Source of the DNA: Eledone cirrhosa
Lineage: Eukaryota
Reading direction: 5' to 3'
Length of the DNA: 64,000 nt
Assembly (NCBI GenBank): GCA_964016885.1
Contig: OZ024741.1
Span: 134,230,001 to 134,294,000, forward strand
The notes beneath the pieces are model-generated. The model saw nothing but the letters and a program-made list of their open reading frames with translations, ran no database searches and was not told where the DNA came from. The position numbers and the translations under genes were made by a program. Below are positions 41,539-53,869 of this stretch, piece by piece. Positions within the stretch are counted from its first letter, which is position 1, and each line of letters opens with the position of its first letter.

Positions 41539-42259
41539 TTATATATAAATTTGAAAATTTCTGTATGTATGTGTATATGTGTGTCGACATTTTTTAATGA
41601 GGGCTCATATATTCTAAACCATTCATGCGATTTCTTTGAAATTTTTTACACAGCTTCTCCTTGCGCAAAACCTGTACATGATCTACAAAGGCTTTCAAAA
41701 ATTGATATTGGGGCCTTTGGAAACATTAAAAAAGTTTCGGTTATTTGTGTGAATTTTCGTGATTAAGTAAAACAAGAGTTATCTTTCTTAATTCGGCTCA
41801 TTCGGATTTTAATTTACTCTTTCTACTTGAAACAAAGAGAAATAACAATATCATTTCGTATATTTCACAACCAGAAACTTCTAACAGATTACTAAGTTAA
41901 GTTATAGATTTGACATTGTATAATTTATCGTTTCAAGCTTGATGTTCATATTAACTGATCTCATAACTTTTACAATATTATGCTTAAATTTATCTAAAGG
42001 ACGGTTTAGAATTATTCTATTTTTTCGCATTGATTAGACTACGTTTCTGACACATAATTTAATTATTAACTTACATACCCTGTACATTTCCAACGTTATA
42101 CCGCTACATGTACTTCAAATACATTTTACAATTAATCTTTATTTTTACATTCGATTGTGTTATATCGTGTTTCTTCTATGTATTCAAATTTACTTTGTTT
42201 AGTTTAATGAGCTACATCGAAAGCTACTTGAACCGTCCAAAGGACGGGTAGTTTAGCTA

Positions 42260-42260
<1 letters not shown>
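41539..42260 (+). mobile_element. Non-autonomous Helitron, second family
   Basis: 3' hairpin ccgtcc-aaa-ggacgg followed by gctag|t. 5' tatatataaa followed by a TG-rich tract. Confidence 0.6.
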
Positions 42261-42321
<61 letters not shown>

Positions 42322-42659
42322 AGTATGTTTTGAAAAAAAAATATATATATATATATATAGTAAGTATGTTTTGAAAATATATATATATATATATATATTT
42401 CCAGGGAGTGTAATGTGATATTACTGTAGGTTCACCCAGGTGAGCACTCGATGTTTAGGTTCACGTCAGTGGCGAGGTGTAGAGCTAGACAGAGTGTAAT
42501 ATAATAATATAACAAGGATGATTTGTTAAGCCTTCATTACGTTTATTGATTGGTGACGCGCGTTTCGCTATTGATCAGCTCAAGGTTCGGTCTGTATCGA
42601 TATGGCCTAACTCTGGAATCAAAAGCTCGTCGGACCTCTGCTGTTGTAATGACACCAGA

Positions 42660-42744
42660 GGTCCGACGAGCTTTTGATTCCAGAATTGAGCCAGATCGAT
42701 ACAGATCGAACTTTTAGCTGATCAATAGCGAAACGCGCGTCACC
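42660..42744 (+). ncRNA. Type I hammerhead, CCGACGA core, long stem II (mirror copy 42552-42636 on -)
   Basis: GGT-CCGACGA-GCTTTTGAT...ATCAATAGC-GAAAC-GCGC-GTC^ACC. Confidence 0.75.
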
Positions 42745-42879
42745 AATCAATAAACGCAATGAAGGCTTAACAAATCGTCCTTGTTATATTATACATATAT
42801 ATATATATCATCATCATCATCATCACCGTTTAACATCCATTTTACCATATATATATGTGTGTGCGTAAATACATATTTA

Positions 42880-43490
42880 TCTATACTATAAAGCTGACGG
42901 CCGTATGTAAGTAACAAACTTTCCGCCAAGCGGCTGGACCAAACGGCACCAAATTTGTACCATAGATGTAACTTTTTCCAAGTAAGAAAGTGAGGGTATT
43001 TTCGTCTACTGAATTTTGTTAAAAGATTAAAGACATTATTTAAATATTCACTTCTTTAAAATTTTCAAATGTCAACACTTCCGGTTATACGACATTCCTA
43101 ACGTCTTCACGAACCAAAGTATCATCTTCCTGTTTTCTTTCGGTTGCAACGTTTTTCGAAATATTTACTTCTGCGTTCACAGATTGATTTTTTTTAGTTT
43201 CAGAAGATCCCGTTAAGGGTGAAAGCAGTAATTCTTTGCTTAAACTTTAATCCGTTATTTTAATATATAATTATATATTCGTGTACAGATATTTTTGCAT
43301 ACACAAAAACAAAATATAAACAAACGTATTTATTTCACGAAAGTACAGACGGCTTATCGTCATTGTTACTGCCGGTATGCCACCCAAATGGTCCAAGCCT
43401 GGCCGCAAGATCAGATTCTCCAGAAGAAAAAATGTTACTAGAGCAACAGAGAGACTAAGCTTTGCGATTACCATCAACAAAGCTCAAAAT
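42880..43490 (+). mobile_element. Helitron 5' part with a Pif1-helicase remnant
   Basis: A|TCTATACTATAAA start, about 40 bp shared with 10940-10980, and RLSFAITINKAQ (Pif1 motif FAMTINKSQ) near 43450-43490. Confidence 0.6.
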
Positions 43491-43827
43491 GCCACGAGGG
43501 AAAGAAGCGATAGCGAAGAGAGAGAAAGAAAAGAAGAAAGATATATATATGTGTGTGTGTTTGTGTGTGTGTGTGCGTACGTGCGCGCGCGCGCCTGCGC
43601 GTGTGTTTAAGGCAGGTGTATTTCTGCTCTGTATTATACTTGATATTTTACATTGAACTACTTGTCTTAATGGTAATCGAGTAATATACAATACTACCCT
43701 TATCTTCCTGCCGAGGTTAACTTTGCCTTTCATCCTTACGGGGTCGATAAAATAAAGTACCAGTAATACACTGGGGTAATTGCTGGCCTTGTGCCAAAAG
43801 TAGAAATAATTATTATTATATATATAT

Positions 43828-44220
43828 GTGGTGATTTTTCGAGTTTTTGTTCAATTCGTTTGGCACCCATTTCTCAAGTTTCTTCGACATTCCAGTTCTG
43901 TTCAAATGTTCAGATATTGTTCCAATGTTAACATCGAACTCCCCTGCAAGCTCTCAATTCATTGTCATCGATGGCAAAAGGACATCTTCGACCTTCCTTA
44001 TCTCAAGAGTGAATTCACCACAGTGGAAGTTTTGAAATCATCATTGCACTGTTCATTCATTGACATTTTTTTGGCCCAAACTTCAATTATGTTTCTAGCC
44101 ATTTGTGTTGCACTGCGGCTAAGTTTAAACTTAGAGAAATATATTTGGTGAAAATCCTGTTTTGACATGTTAACTTCAAAGATCTGAAAATTGACAAAAA
44201 TGTAATTTATATTTTGAATG
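43828..44220 (-). mobile_element. mariner transposase 5' fragment
   Basis: Minus strand reads ELAGEFDVNIGTISEHLNRTGMSKKLEKWVPNEL (HTH plus the WVPHEL motif). Frameshifted and truncated. Confidence 0.85.
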
Positions 44221-44434
44221 GATTACATAGAAAGAAAGAACTTTAAAATGCTACATAATTTTACTCACTTTGCGAAATAGGACTAAGGGGAGAAGCGTAT
44301 TGTGTTTATGTGTGTGTAAGTTTGTGTGCGTAAACTTTAAAGAGTTACTGGTGGAGATATATATAAATAAATATACACTTGGCATATTATAGTTGATTCT
44401 ACGTGTATTTTCCATATCTATACAATAAACATAC

Positions 44435-44471
<37 letters not shown>

Positions 44472-44807
44472 GGTATCAGGATTGGTGCTCTGAATAGCGA
44501 TGTATACATGAATGTATGTATAGTATATTTGGCAATATACCGTATGTTTAATTAAAAACATTTTGAAGACCATACGCTATCTGTTTTAAAGTAGTGACTA
44601 TGTCACTTACTTCTTTTCTTCTATTCTACACATATATTCCATAGCTATAGACTATGCACATATTCTATCTGTCTATTCTGCATGTCTATTCCATATTTAT
44701 ATACTGAAGAATACATGAAGAACAGACAAAAAATTTTCTATCGGGTTAATCACTACCTTGATTAAATCTTAACCATTTAACATCTCAGGGTATGTCATGT
44801 ATCATTA

Positions 44808-44862
44808 TATTTTGTCTGATGAGGACGTACTGTTGTACATCCGAAATATGTATAATAAAATG
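44808..44862 (+). ncRNA. Type I hammerhead ribozyme (canonical core)
   Basis: Stem I TATTTTGT/ATAAAATG, CTGATGA, stem II GGACGTAC-tgtt-GTACATCC, GAAA, self-complementary TATGTA, AUA cleavage after 44854. Confidence 0.85.
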
Positions 44863-45000
44863 TAATTGATCAAAAGAACATCTATTTTATTAATAATTAT
44901 ATTTTAATATTAATAACTCCAGAAAATTATTTTCCGTTGAGTGCTTCCAATCTACTGTAAAACTCATTCTTTGACATAATCATTGAATATTGTTTAACAA

Positions 45001-45070
<70 letters not shown>

Positions 45071-45075
<5 letters not shown>

Positions 45076-47969
45076 GTTATGCAAGAAATGCTTAGGATTA
45101 TCCTGAATGCAGTAATGGTTAATTACTACACTAGATAGAGTTGACGTACGGTGAGGGGTTACTCAATGAGTAATGGATCAGTTTCTGATCCTTCTGTATT
45201 CCGGAGTGTAGATAAAGAATGAATAATAACAGGTAGACATCATAAAAAGGTCATTTATTCCGAGTGCTTACAAATGTTTCAAAAGAGGTTATACAGCCTA
45301 GTCATGCTATGTGCAAATTGGTAATTATTTGCAGAAACTCAATTTTCAAATGCTGCTTCTACCGTTTCCTCAGAGCAGATTGGTTAAAATGTGAATACCC
45401 TTGTATTTCTTAAAGGAAGTTATTGGAGAAGATAGAGTAGAAAAGGAAGAGAAAGAGAAGGGGAGGGAGAGAGAGATATGTAGGGGTTGGAGAAATGGGA
45501 GAGAGTGGTTTGAAGAACACAGATATCTTAATCAAAATGTTGTGATAGGGGTTTTATTATACTGCTTACTCTCAAAGTGACAACCTTAGGCGGTGTGTTG
45601 ATATAGTTAAGGTTGGAATTATTTATTGCCACAGAGAGCAGGTTCATGTGGAGAGGGGGGAGGTAGACCGAGGGCGAGAGAGAGGGGAAGAGAGGAAGAA
45701 AGAGAGATAGAGAGGGGACAGACGAAAGCTACGAGATGAGGGTACATGGAGTCCATAGTTGTAGTCTACAAATCGCACTTAAGTATCCATTTATAATGAT
45801 AAGCAGGGTATTGTCTTGTAGTGTGGGGTGGGGGATATAGTTTGGAAGTAGTTAGCGAGAAAGCGATGTTATAGTCTCGGGTTCGAATGTTAAGTTATTT
45901 TATAGTGAGAGAATTTAGCCTTCAGTTTGTGGTTGCAGTATAGTGATCGTTCGATTCTGTCATTTAGTAATTTATTTTTGGATTTTAAGATGTAAAAGAG
46001 TTCAAGGTTGCATAATCTGCAGTACTTCAATCCACTCCGATATGCACTAGCACTGGAAAGTTTATCCCATTTCAAGGTAAACCTCCGGTTGCATTCTCGG
46101 AGTTGCCGGGTCTTATTGTCGAGCGTAGTCACAAGACGGTGATTAGGATGTTTAATCGAGAATTGATGACGATACCAGCAAGATTTAAAGGAGGTAGTGG
46201 TAGACCCGATGTAATACCATTTCTGATCGTTCGATTCGACAGTACATTGATAAACAATGTTGGACTCTAGGCATTTATTCTTCAATGGGCATCTTTCGGG
46301 TAGGTGGCAGTTGCAGTTTTTGTTGTGGGTAGAGGTATACCATGGATAGGTTGGGATAACAGTTCAGGTGGGTTGTGTAGTACCCGTCTCCCATTTGGTG
46401 GTTGGGAGGCCGATACTACGTTATGCTCATCTTAAGTTTTTTTATGTATGCAGTGGAGTATGATAGCTTTTATGGTGCAGTGGAGTATGATAGCTTAATA
46501 GTCTTAGAGTTTAGAATCTTACTATATTTATGGGAACTAGTGAAATGCTTGTTAATTAACTTAAAGAATGAAAGAGATAGTTTTGTACTAATCGAAACAT
46601 TAAAAATGGGATTATACCAGATATACGTGATTTATTTGGTGATGATTTTCTATTATTAGTATGTCTGGTGGTACTGCGTGTGTGCGCTTGTATTTCTGTA
46701 CCCCGGTTATATATTCTTTGATTTCGTGTAGAGCTATGTGTGTTATGGAGATTCTTATCAATGTATTCTATTTTATCCCGGTGGTCTGCATTCCTTAATG
46801 CATTATTATAGTATTCAGCATGTTCACTGAAAATCTCAGAGTTAGACGATAGGCGAGAGATTCTGTGAGAAATAACCGATTTGATCATGGAAAGTGGGTG
46901 GTTTGAGTTAAAATTGATATAGGTAAGGTTCTCATTTATCTTGTGGAAGGGTCGTATCATTCCGGTATTCAAATTAAGAGTTACGTCTAGAAAATTTACC
47001 ACTTTAAGATTGTATTCGTACGTTATTTTTAGACCCAGTTCACTAAAGGATTTTCTAATGTTTTTCCGTAGCCTTTCAAGATTTTGGTTATTTAAGTTAT
47101 TAACTAATAAAAGCGCGTCATCTCTATATATTCCCCCCTCTAGATTACTAAATTTTCCATGTAGTATGTGGGCTATGTAAATTCCCACGAGATCAGTGAC
47201 CTCGCTGAGTCGTTGGAGCCCATGGTGATGTCGAAGTTTGTGGGTCTGTCCCTACGTTCCCAGTAGCAGTTATCAAACTTGATAATAGTTTTTCTAGCCT
47301 CTAGAATAATATTAATTTCGTCCTCCGTTAGGTCGGAATTGACTTTGGCAAACGATAGGGCCTTACGTAAAGTACTGGGTGAGATTGAACCGTAGTATTC
47401 GTCTATGTCGAATTGTATAAACTTAGACTTATTCTTGTTCTTAACGTTATTAAACCAGCGAATTGCTTCGCTAGTGTTGCCCCATAATTTAATTTCTATT
47501 TTCTTTTTTAATTGAGTTATTACTCTGTCAAGTATATGTTTGCTAGTTTTTCCTATGTCTGATTTAGAAGGGCATATAAGTCTAATCTTAGGGTTAGAGT
47601 CAAAATTTACCTTATGGTCCTTCAGGTTAAAGGTGGGGGTTGCGGGTATAATCAGCTCGGTTCTATCGTCTATCTTGAGATTCTTCACTACTTTGTATGC
47701 TTCGTTGTTAATGTTCGTTAGTGTAGTGTCACTTGTTTTTCTATATTTCTTATGTAGTTCTTTGCGTATGAAGCTGTTGTATGTATCGATATCCATGGTA
47801 TACACGTTAGAGGTCTTATCAGCTTTCACAAAATCCCATTGGTATTTTGCAGTCTTCGGAGTAGTGTTTTCATGTTGTTCTGCAGCTCATTACTTCTATG
47901 TTTGGTAAATTTGATTAAGATATCTGTATTCTTCAAACCACTCTCTTCCATTTCTCCAACCCCTACATA

Positions 47970-48006
<37 letters not shown>

Positions 48007-48262
48007 ATCTCCCCTTCTTTTTCTCTTCCTTTTCTACTCTATCTTCCCCAATAACTTCCTTTAAGAAATACAAGAGTATTTACATTTTAACCATTCTGCT
48101 CTGAGGAAACGGTAGAAGAAGCATTTGAAAATTGAATTTCTGCAAATAATTACCAATTTGCACATAGCGTGACTTGACTGTATAACCACTGTTGAAACAT
48201 TTGTAAGCACTCGGAATAAATTACCTTTTTATGATGTCTACTTGTTATTATTCATTCTTTAT
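45071..48262 (-). mobile_element. Penelope-like element (RT plus C-terminal GIY-YIG, Hydra-clade-like) with an inverted pseudo-LTR
   Basis: Frameshifted ORFs 47173-47829 (KADKT, FIQFDIDEYY, MGS), 46556-47188 (YRDD, FLDVT) and 45890-46285 (IVY..YIG, C-terminal CRLC...CNH). About 45212-45536 is repeated inverted at about 47910-48262. (TA)n on both sides. Confidence 0.92.
48097..48209 (+). ncRNA. Hammerhead in the PLE pseudo-LTR with a stem II region of about 85 nt (second copy 45265-45377 on -)
   Basis: TGCT-CTGAGGA-AACGGT...ACTGTT-GAAAC-ATTT-GTA^AGCA, then AATAAA. Confidence 0.7.
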
Positions 48263-48416
48263 ATATATATATATATATATAAATGTAATCTGAGTTTTTC
48301 GAATATTAATAATAACATTCGATTCGTTTGCAATTATGCAAACAAGCCTCATTTTTAAGGCCATGTCAGAAGAATGAACCCTTCATTCTTGCTCTTGTGT
48401 TGGCATGTAAACATAA

Positions 48417-48460
48417 CTGCAGACACTAATGTTTCTGGGTATCACCCTTCATCAGTACAG
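48417..48460 (-). ncRNA. Type I hammerhead ribozyme
   Basis: CTGTA-CTGATGA-aGGGT-gat-ACCCa-GAAAC-ATTAGT-GTC^TGCAG. The first stem II pair is an A.A mismatch. Confidence 0.7.
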
Positions 48461-48810
48461 CTCACTGTTCACCTGCCAACTGTCAGAGCTAGTGAAAATA
48501 TATGCTATTTTCTAAAATATAGTGACTGATTGGCCTGATTTGCATATTAGCAGACTGGCCGATCAGTCAGATCTGCATATTAGCAGATCCACTGATCAGC
48601 TAGATTTGTATATCAGCAGACTGGCCAGTCAGGAAACTAACTGGCCAGTCTGCTGATATTGTATTTATTATATTCAGCCATGTAGAGCGAAAAATATTTT
48701 ATATATATATATATGTCTACACACACACATACATATATATTCTACAAGCATATTCCATGATTATATATTATACACATATTCTATATGAACGTACATTCTA
48801 CATGTATATT

Positions 48811-48862
<52 letters not shown>

Positions 48863-49318
48863 GTGAGGTTTTTTTTACAAAATGAAAAAAAATGAGGTGT
48901 CCTACACGAGTGAAAGTATAAGGAAAAAAGATGAAATCGAAAATGCAACTGGAGTCTTTTTTTTAATATATTTATTTGGTTCCTTTACCGGTTTCGCAGT
49001 TCTTGTGCTTTTCAAAAGTAGAATTGAGATGGAGGGTTTGTGGTTTTTCTCACATCTGGTTGGTGTTCGAATGTTACTTGTTTTATATGGAAAAAAAGTG
49101 GCTCGAAATGCTAGGTTTTTAGAGAAGTAAATCCATCTCAATCCTACTTTTGAAAAGCACAAGAACAAATAAATTTTTTTTTTTTTTAAAAGACTCCAGT
49201 TGCATGTTCGATTTCATCTTTTTTCCTTTTATATATATATATGTTATACACATATTCTATATGTCTATTCTACACATACATTCCATATTTATATACTATA
49301 CATGCCTTCTTTTATTAG

Positions 49319-49410
49319 GTTAACCTATATGTTACAGCAGAGTCCTGTTTCCAGATGAATGGCGAGGATTCCTGGTTATATTTCAACTCTACAGTCAAGG
49401 GTGGAGATGC
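49319..49410 (+). CDS. Exon A (first found) of a single-LamG-domain protein gene
   Basis: Acceptor ttcttttattag, donor GC|gtaagt. Translates VNLYVTAESCFQMNGEDSWLYFNSTVKGGD(A). Ends in phase 2, matching the next exon. Confidence 0.75.
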
Positions 49411-49974
49411 GTAAGTTTGACAAATTAAAATGATTCAACTTTGATGAAAATTTGAGGAAGTTTAATAGGATTACAATTAAATACTAAGGGGTTAAATTAA
49501 GTATGAATTCTTTGGATGAAGGTAAATTGAGAACTTGGGACTTTTATACTTCCTTCTTTCTCCCATGTGTATCTAGTGGGGGTGATGAAGATGCTAGTGG
49601 TGGGGGAGGAGTAGCAGTGGTGGTGCTGTTGCTGCTGCCCTGGCTGCTGCAGGTGGTGGTGGTGCTGGCTAGATGGAAACTGTAGGAGCCCATTGCCCGG
49701 ACTGTACCTGTTTAATTCAAAGGTCCAAACGGTGTCGCACTGATTCACTTTGAGAATTACATAAAGGGTACTCGTATCTGTGGAATACACAACTACTTAC
49801 GATGATAGAATGGGATTTGTGGGACATTTGGCTGCTGTTTCTGACAGGTCAAACATTGGTATTAATGGTGTGGATAGTTGATGTTACTTCTGTTATTTGC
49901 AAAGATCGCATTTAGCTTATAAAACAATTTTCATCTTTATCCTACGTTTAACATGACCAATTTCAGTACCCATG

Positions 49975-50240
49975 ATATACCACTGGTATACCATTGGTAT
50001 ACCACTAATAAACCACTGATATATAACAGGTATACCAGTAATATACCACTGATATACCTCTAATATACTATTAGTATACCACTGGTATATCTCTAATATA
50101 CCATTTTTATACCACTGATATACCACTGATATATCACTAGAATACCTTAAATATACCTGTAATATACCACTGATATACCATTGATGTAGCACTAGTATAC
50201 CACAGATATACCATTAATATACCACTGATATACCACCAAT
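49975..50240. repeat. Imperfect 11-bp tandem repeat
   Basis: Repeated ataccactgat-like units inside the intron between exons A and B. Confidence 0.85.
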
Positions 50241-50283
50241 AAATCATAATTATAAACATGTTTTTTTTTCATTATTATTTCAG

Positions 50284-50491
50284 AGCTCACTACAAGTTAA
50301 AGTTTGTTAGTAATAAAGAAAATGGCTTGATATTTTATGCCCGAGGAGAAAAGAGGGACTTTGAAGCCCTGTTTTTGAACAGAGGAAAGCTGACATATTT
50401 CTTGTTTAATCCAACTGATTATGGCACTGGATCAACTGTTGGAGTTTATATTGAATGTAGAAAGAAGATATCAGAAAATCATGAACATGAA
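50284..50491 (+). CDS. Exon B, laminin G-like domain core
   Basis: Acceptor ttattatttcag, donor gtaagt. AHYKLKFVSNKENGLIFYARGEKRDFEALFLNRGKL matches the LamG pattern F...GLIFY...DF..L.L..GKL. Phase 2 in, phase 0 out. Confidence 0.85.
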
Positions 50492-50908
50492 GTAAGTTAA
50501 AATATATTTATTCTGAAATTTAGCTTCAGAATAAGCAGAATATATCTATAGAATGCATTTCTTCATTTTTATTTCAACATTTGTAAAATGTAAGCAGATT
50601 AATAAGATTGCTTGGTGACCCTATAGAGGGTGTGAAGTTGAAACCACTTGCTAATGCAACATTTCAACACACAATATATATATATATACAAACACATACA
50701 CACATATATACACACATATGCACAGACAGACATACACATGCACATATACACACACACATATATATTTATATATGTATATATACATAAACATATATATGCG
50801 TGTATGCATTCGTGTTATATATATATAGATATATATACTTTCCTTATGTATACATGTACATATGTGTGTGTGTGTGTTTATATATGTATATGTGTGTGTG
50901 TGTGTGTG

Positions 50909-50944
<36 letters not shown>

Positions 50945-50947
<3 letters not shown>

Positions 50948-51135
50948 ATCTAAAGAAACTAGGCCAGGGAGGTTTGGGCCGCTGACAAGTTTCTTGTCCT
51001 TGTTGTTGGCTCTCCTTAACGACGTATCAGGTGATGCTTCCGAGAGTGCTTGGTTATTCCAGTGTTTGGTTATCCTTGCTATCACCTGCAGCAATGCTGC
51101 AAGTATGTTGATTTACTCGTTGCGTTCCATATTTG
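50945..51135 (-). mobile_element. Probable RTE 3' end fragment
   Basis: Short GC-richer piece ending ..PGLVSLDAH followed by a (CA)n tail. Confidence 0.4.
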
Positions 51136-51179
51136 GCATGCTTTCTATAGCTTCCTAATAACAACCGCCTTTCAGGGTG

Positions 51180-52960
51180 GACTAAGTGCATGTTATCATG
51201 GTACCAGTACTATTACTTTACAACGTGCATTGGGTACATTTTATTGTGGTACCAGTACTATTACTTTACGTGTGTTGGGTACATTTTATTGTGGTACCAC
51301 TACTATTACTTTACAACGTGCATTGGGTACATTTTATTGTGGTACCACTACTATTACTTTACGTGTGTTGGGTACATTTTATTGTGGTACCAGTACTATT
51401 ACTTTACAACGTGCATTGGGTACATTTTATTGTGGTACCACTACTATTACTTTACGTGTGTTGGGTACATTTTATTGTGGTACCAGTACTATTACTTTAC
51501 AACGTGTATTGGGTACATTTTATCATGGTACAAGTACTAACACTTTATAACGTGTATTGGGTACATTTTATCATGGTACAAGTACTATTACTTTATAACG
51601 TGTATTGGGTACATTTTATCATGGTACAAGTACTAACACTTTATAATGTGTATTGGGTACATTTAATCATGGTACAAGTACTAACACTTTATAACGTGTA
51701 TTGGGTACATTTAATCATGGTACAAGTACTAACACTTTATAATGTGTATTGGGTACATTTTATCATGGTACAAGTACTAACACTTTATAATGTGTATTGG
51801 GTACATTTTATCATGGTACAAGTACTATTACTTTATAACGTGTATTGGGTACATTTTATCATGGTACAAGTACTATTACTTTATAACGTGTATTGGGTAC
51901 ATTTTATCATGGTACAAGTACTATTACTTTATAACGTGTATTGGGTACATTTTATCATGGTACAAGTACTAACACTTTATAACGTGTATTGGGTACATTT
52001 TATCATGGTACAAGTACTATTACTTTATAACGTGTATTGGATACATTTAATCATGGTACAAGTACTAACACTTTATAACGTGTATTGGGTACATTTTATC
52101 ATGGTACAAGTACTATTACTTTATAACGTGTATTGGGTACATTTTATCATGGTACAAGTACTAACACTTTATAACGTGTATTGGATACATTTTATCATGG
52201 TACAAGTACTATTACTTTATAACGTGTATTGGATACATTTAATCATGGTACAAGTACTAACACTTTATAACGTGTATTGGGTACATTTTATCATGGTACA
52301 AGTACTAACACTTTATAACGTGTATTGGGTACATTTAATCATGGTACAAGTACTAACACTTTATAATGTGTATTGGGTACATTTTATCATGGTACAAGTA
52401 CTAACACTTTATAATGTGTATTGGGTACATTTTATCATGGTACAAGTACTATTACTTTATAACGTGTATTGGGTACATTTTATCATGGTACAAGTACTAT
52501 TACTTTATAACGTGTATTGGGTACATTTTATCATGGTACAAGTACTATTACTTTATAACGTGTATTGGGTACATTTTATCATGGTACAAGTACTAACACT
52601 TTATAACGTGTATTGGATACATTTTATCATGGTACAAGTACTAACACTTTATAACGTGTATTGGGTACATTTTATCATGGTACAAGTACTAACACTTTAT
52701 AACGTGTATTGGATACATTTTATCATGGTACAAGTACTAACACTTTATAACGTGTATTGGGTACATTTAATCATGGTACAAGTACTAACACTTTATAATG
52801 TGTATTGGGTACATTTTATCATGGTACAAGTACTAACACTTTATAACGTGTATTGGGTACATTTAATCATGGTACAAGTACTAACACTTTATAACGTGTA
52901 TTGGGTATATTTTATCATGGTACAAGTACTAACACTTTACAATTTGTAGTGGGTACATTT
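51180..52960. repeat. 48-bp minisatellite, about 37 units
   Basis: Unit ttataacgtgtattgggtacattttatcatggtacaagtactaacact. The first units alternate 48 and 45 bp. Confidence 0.97.
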
Positions 52961-53239
52961 TCTCGGTGCAGCAGCACTTATCATATTGAAACATATTGTC
53001 TTAGAGAGTATGAGATCTCCTGACTGCACTACAACTAAATGAGATGAACGCTAGATCTAATTCATAAGTCTTTCCATGGCAGACTCCTATGGTCTCACTA
53101 AGGGATATGACTCCCACCTTGTTTGGGACAAAACACTAAATATAATTTTGGATTATAAATTTGTTTTACAAGATTCTTGATGGGAAATCGTATATTGAAA
53201 CAGATATTGTTATACTTTGACAACATGAATCTTCCTAAC

Positions 53240-53586
53240 TACTCTCGGGTCTTGAATAATCGAGCCCCGCCCCTTCAGATTTTTTCCAGACACCCACCCT
53301 CACTCTTATTCCTCCCCATCCCCACCCCATCCGTTTATTAAATTTTAGTAATTATCCCCGGCTAAATTTTATTTTAATTTTCTTTATACATTAGAAATCC
53401 CATACGTTATGAAATAAATACGATAGGTTGGGGGTCTCAATAATTCTGGTTCTTTAAAAAAACCAACAGTGACAACAGAAAAATTACTGATTTTTCACTC
53501 TCACCCCCACTTATTCCACACACACTACTCACCCTCGCCCCCGCTTATTCCAACCGCCAACCTCTATTATTTGGGACCAAGGAGTA
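53240..53586. mobile_element. Tc1/mariner-type MITE-like element
   Basis: Imperfect TIRs TACTCTCGGGTCTTGAATAAT / ATTATTTGGGACCAAGGAGTA with TA ends. Confidence 0.5.
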
Positions 53587-53869
53587 TAATGATAAACATT
53601 ATCTTAACAAAATACAATACTTTCTTTGGAATTTGAAACATTTTTTTTATTTTTTAGTTCTTCAATGTTTTGAATTTCGAATATCTTTAACATGTGTTTC
53701 TTATCTAAAATAGCTGATTAGTAAGTCTAGTACCGATTTAATTTAATCAAAATTAAATTCGCCTTTAACCTCTTTACGATCTTATTTCCTCAAAATACAT
53801 TGTATTTTAATTAATCAATAAAGAATTTGGAGAGATTTATTAACATTATTTCATTAAGATGGTATTTAT

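Noticed and set aside
43198-43240. CAGAAGA-TCCC/GGGT-GAAA motif (also about 61600-61630 on -)
   Set aside because: Non-consensus core and no convincing stems I and III.
51186-52949. 587-aa hydrophobic repeat ORF, or a CRISPR-like array
   Set aside because: Pure tandem 48-bp units with no unique spacers, inside an intron. The frame is open only because the unit is a multiple of 3 without a stop.
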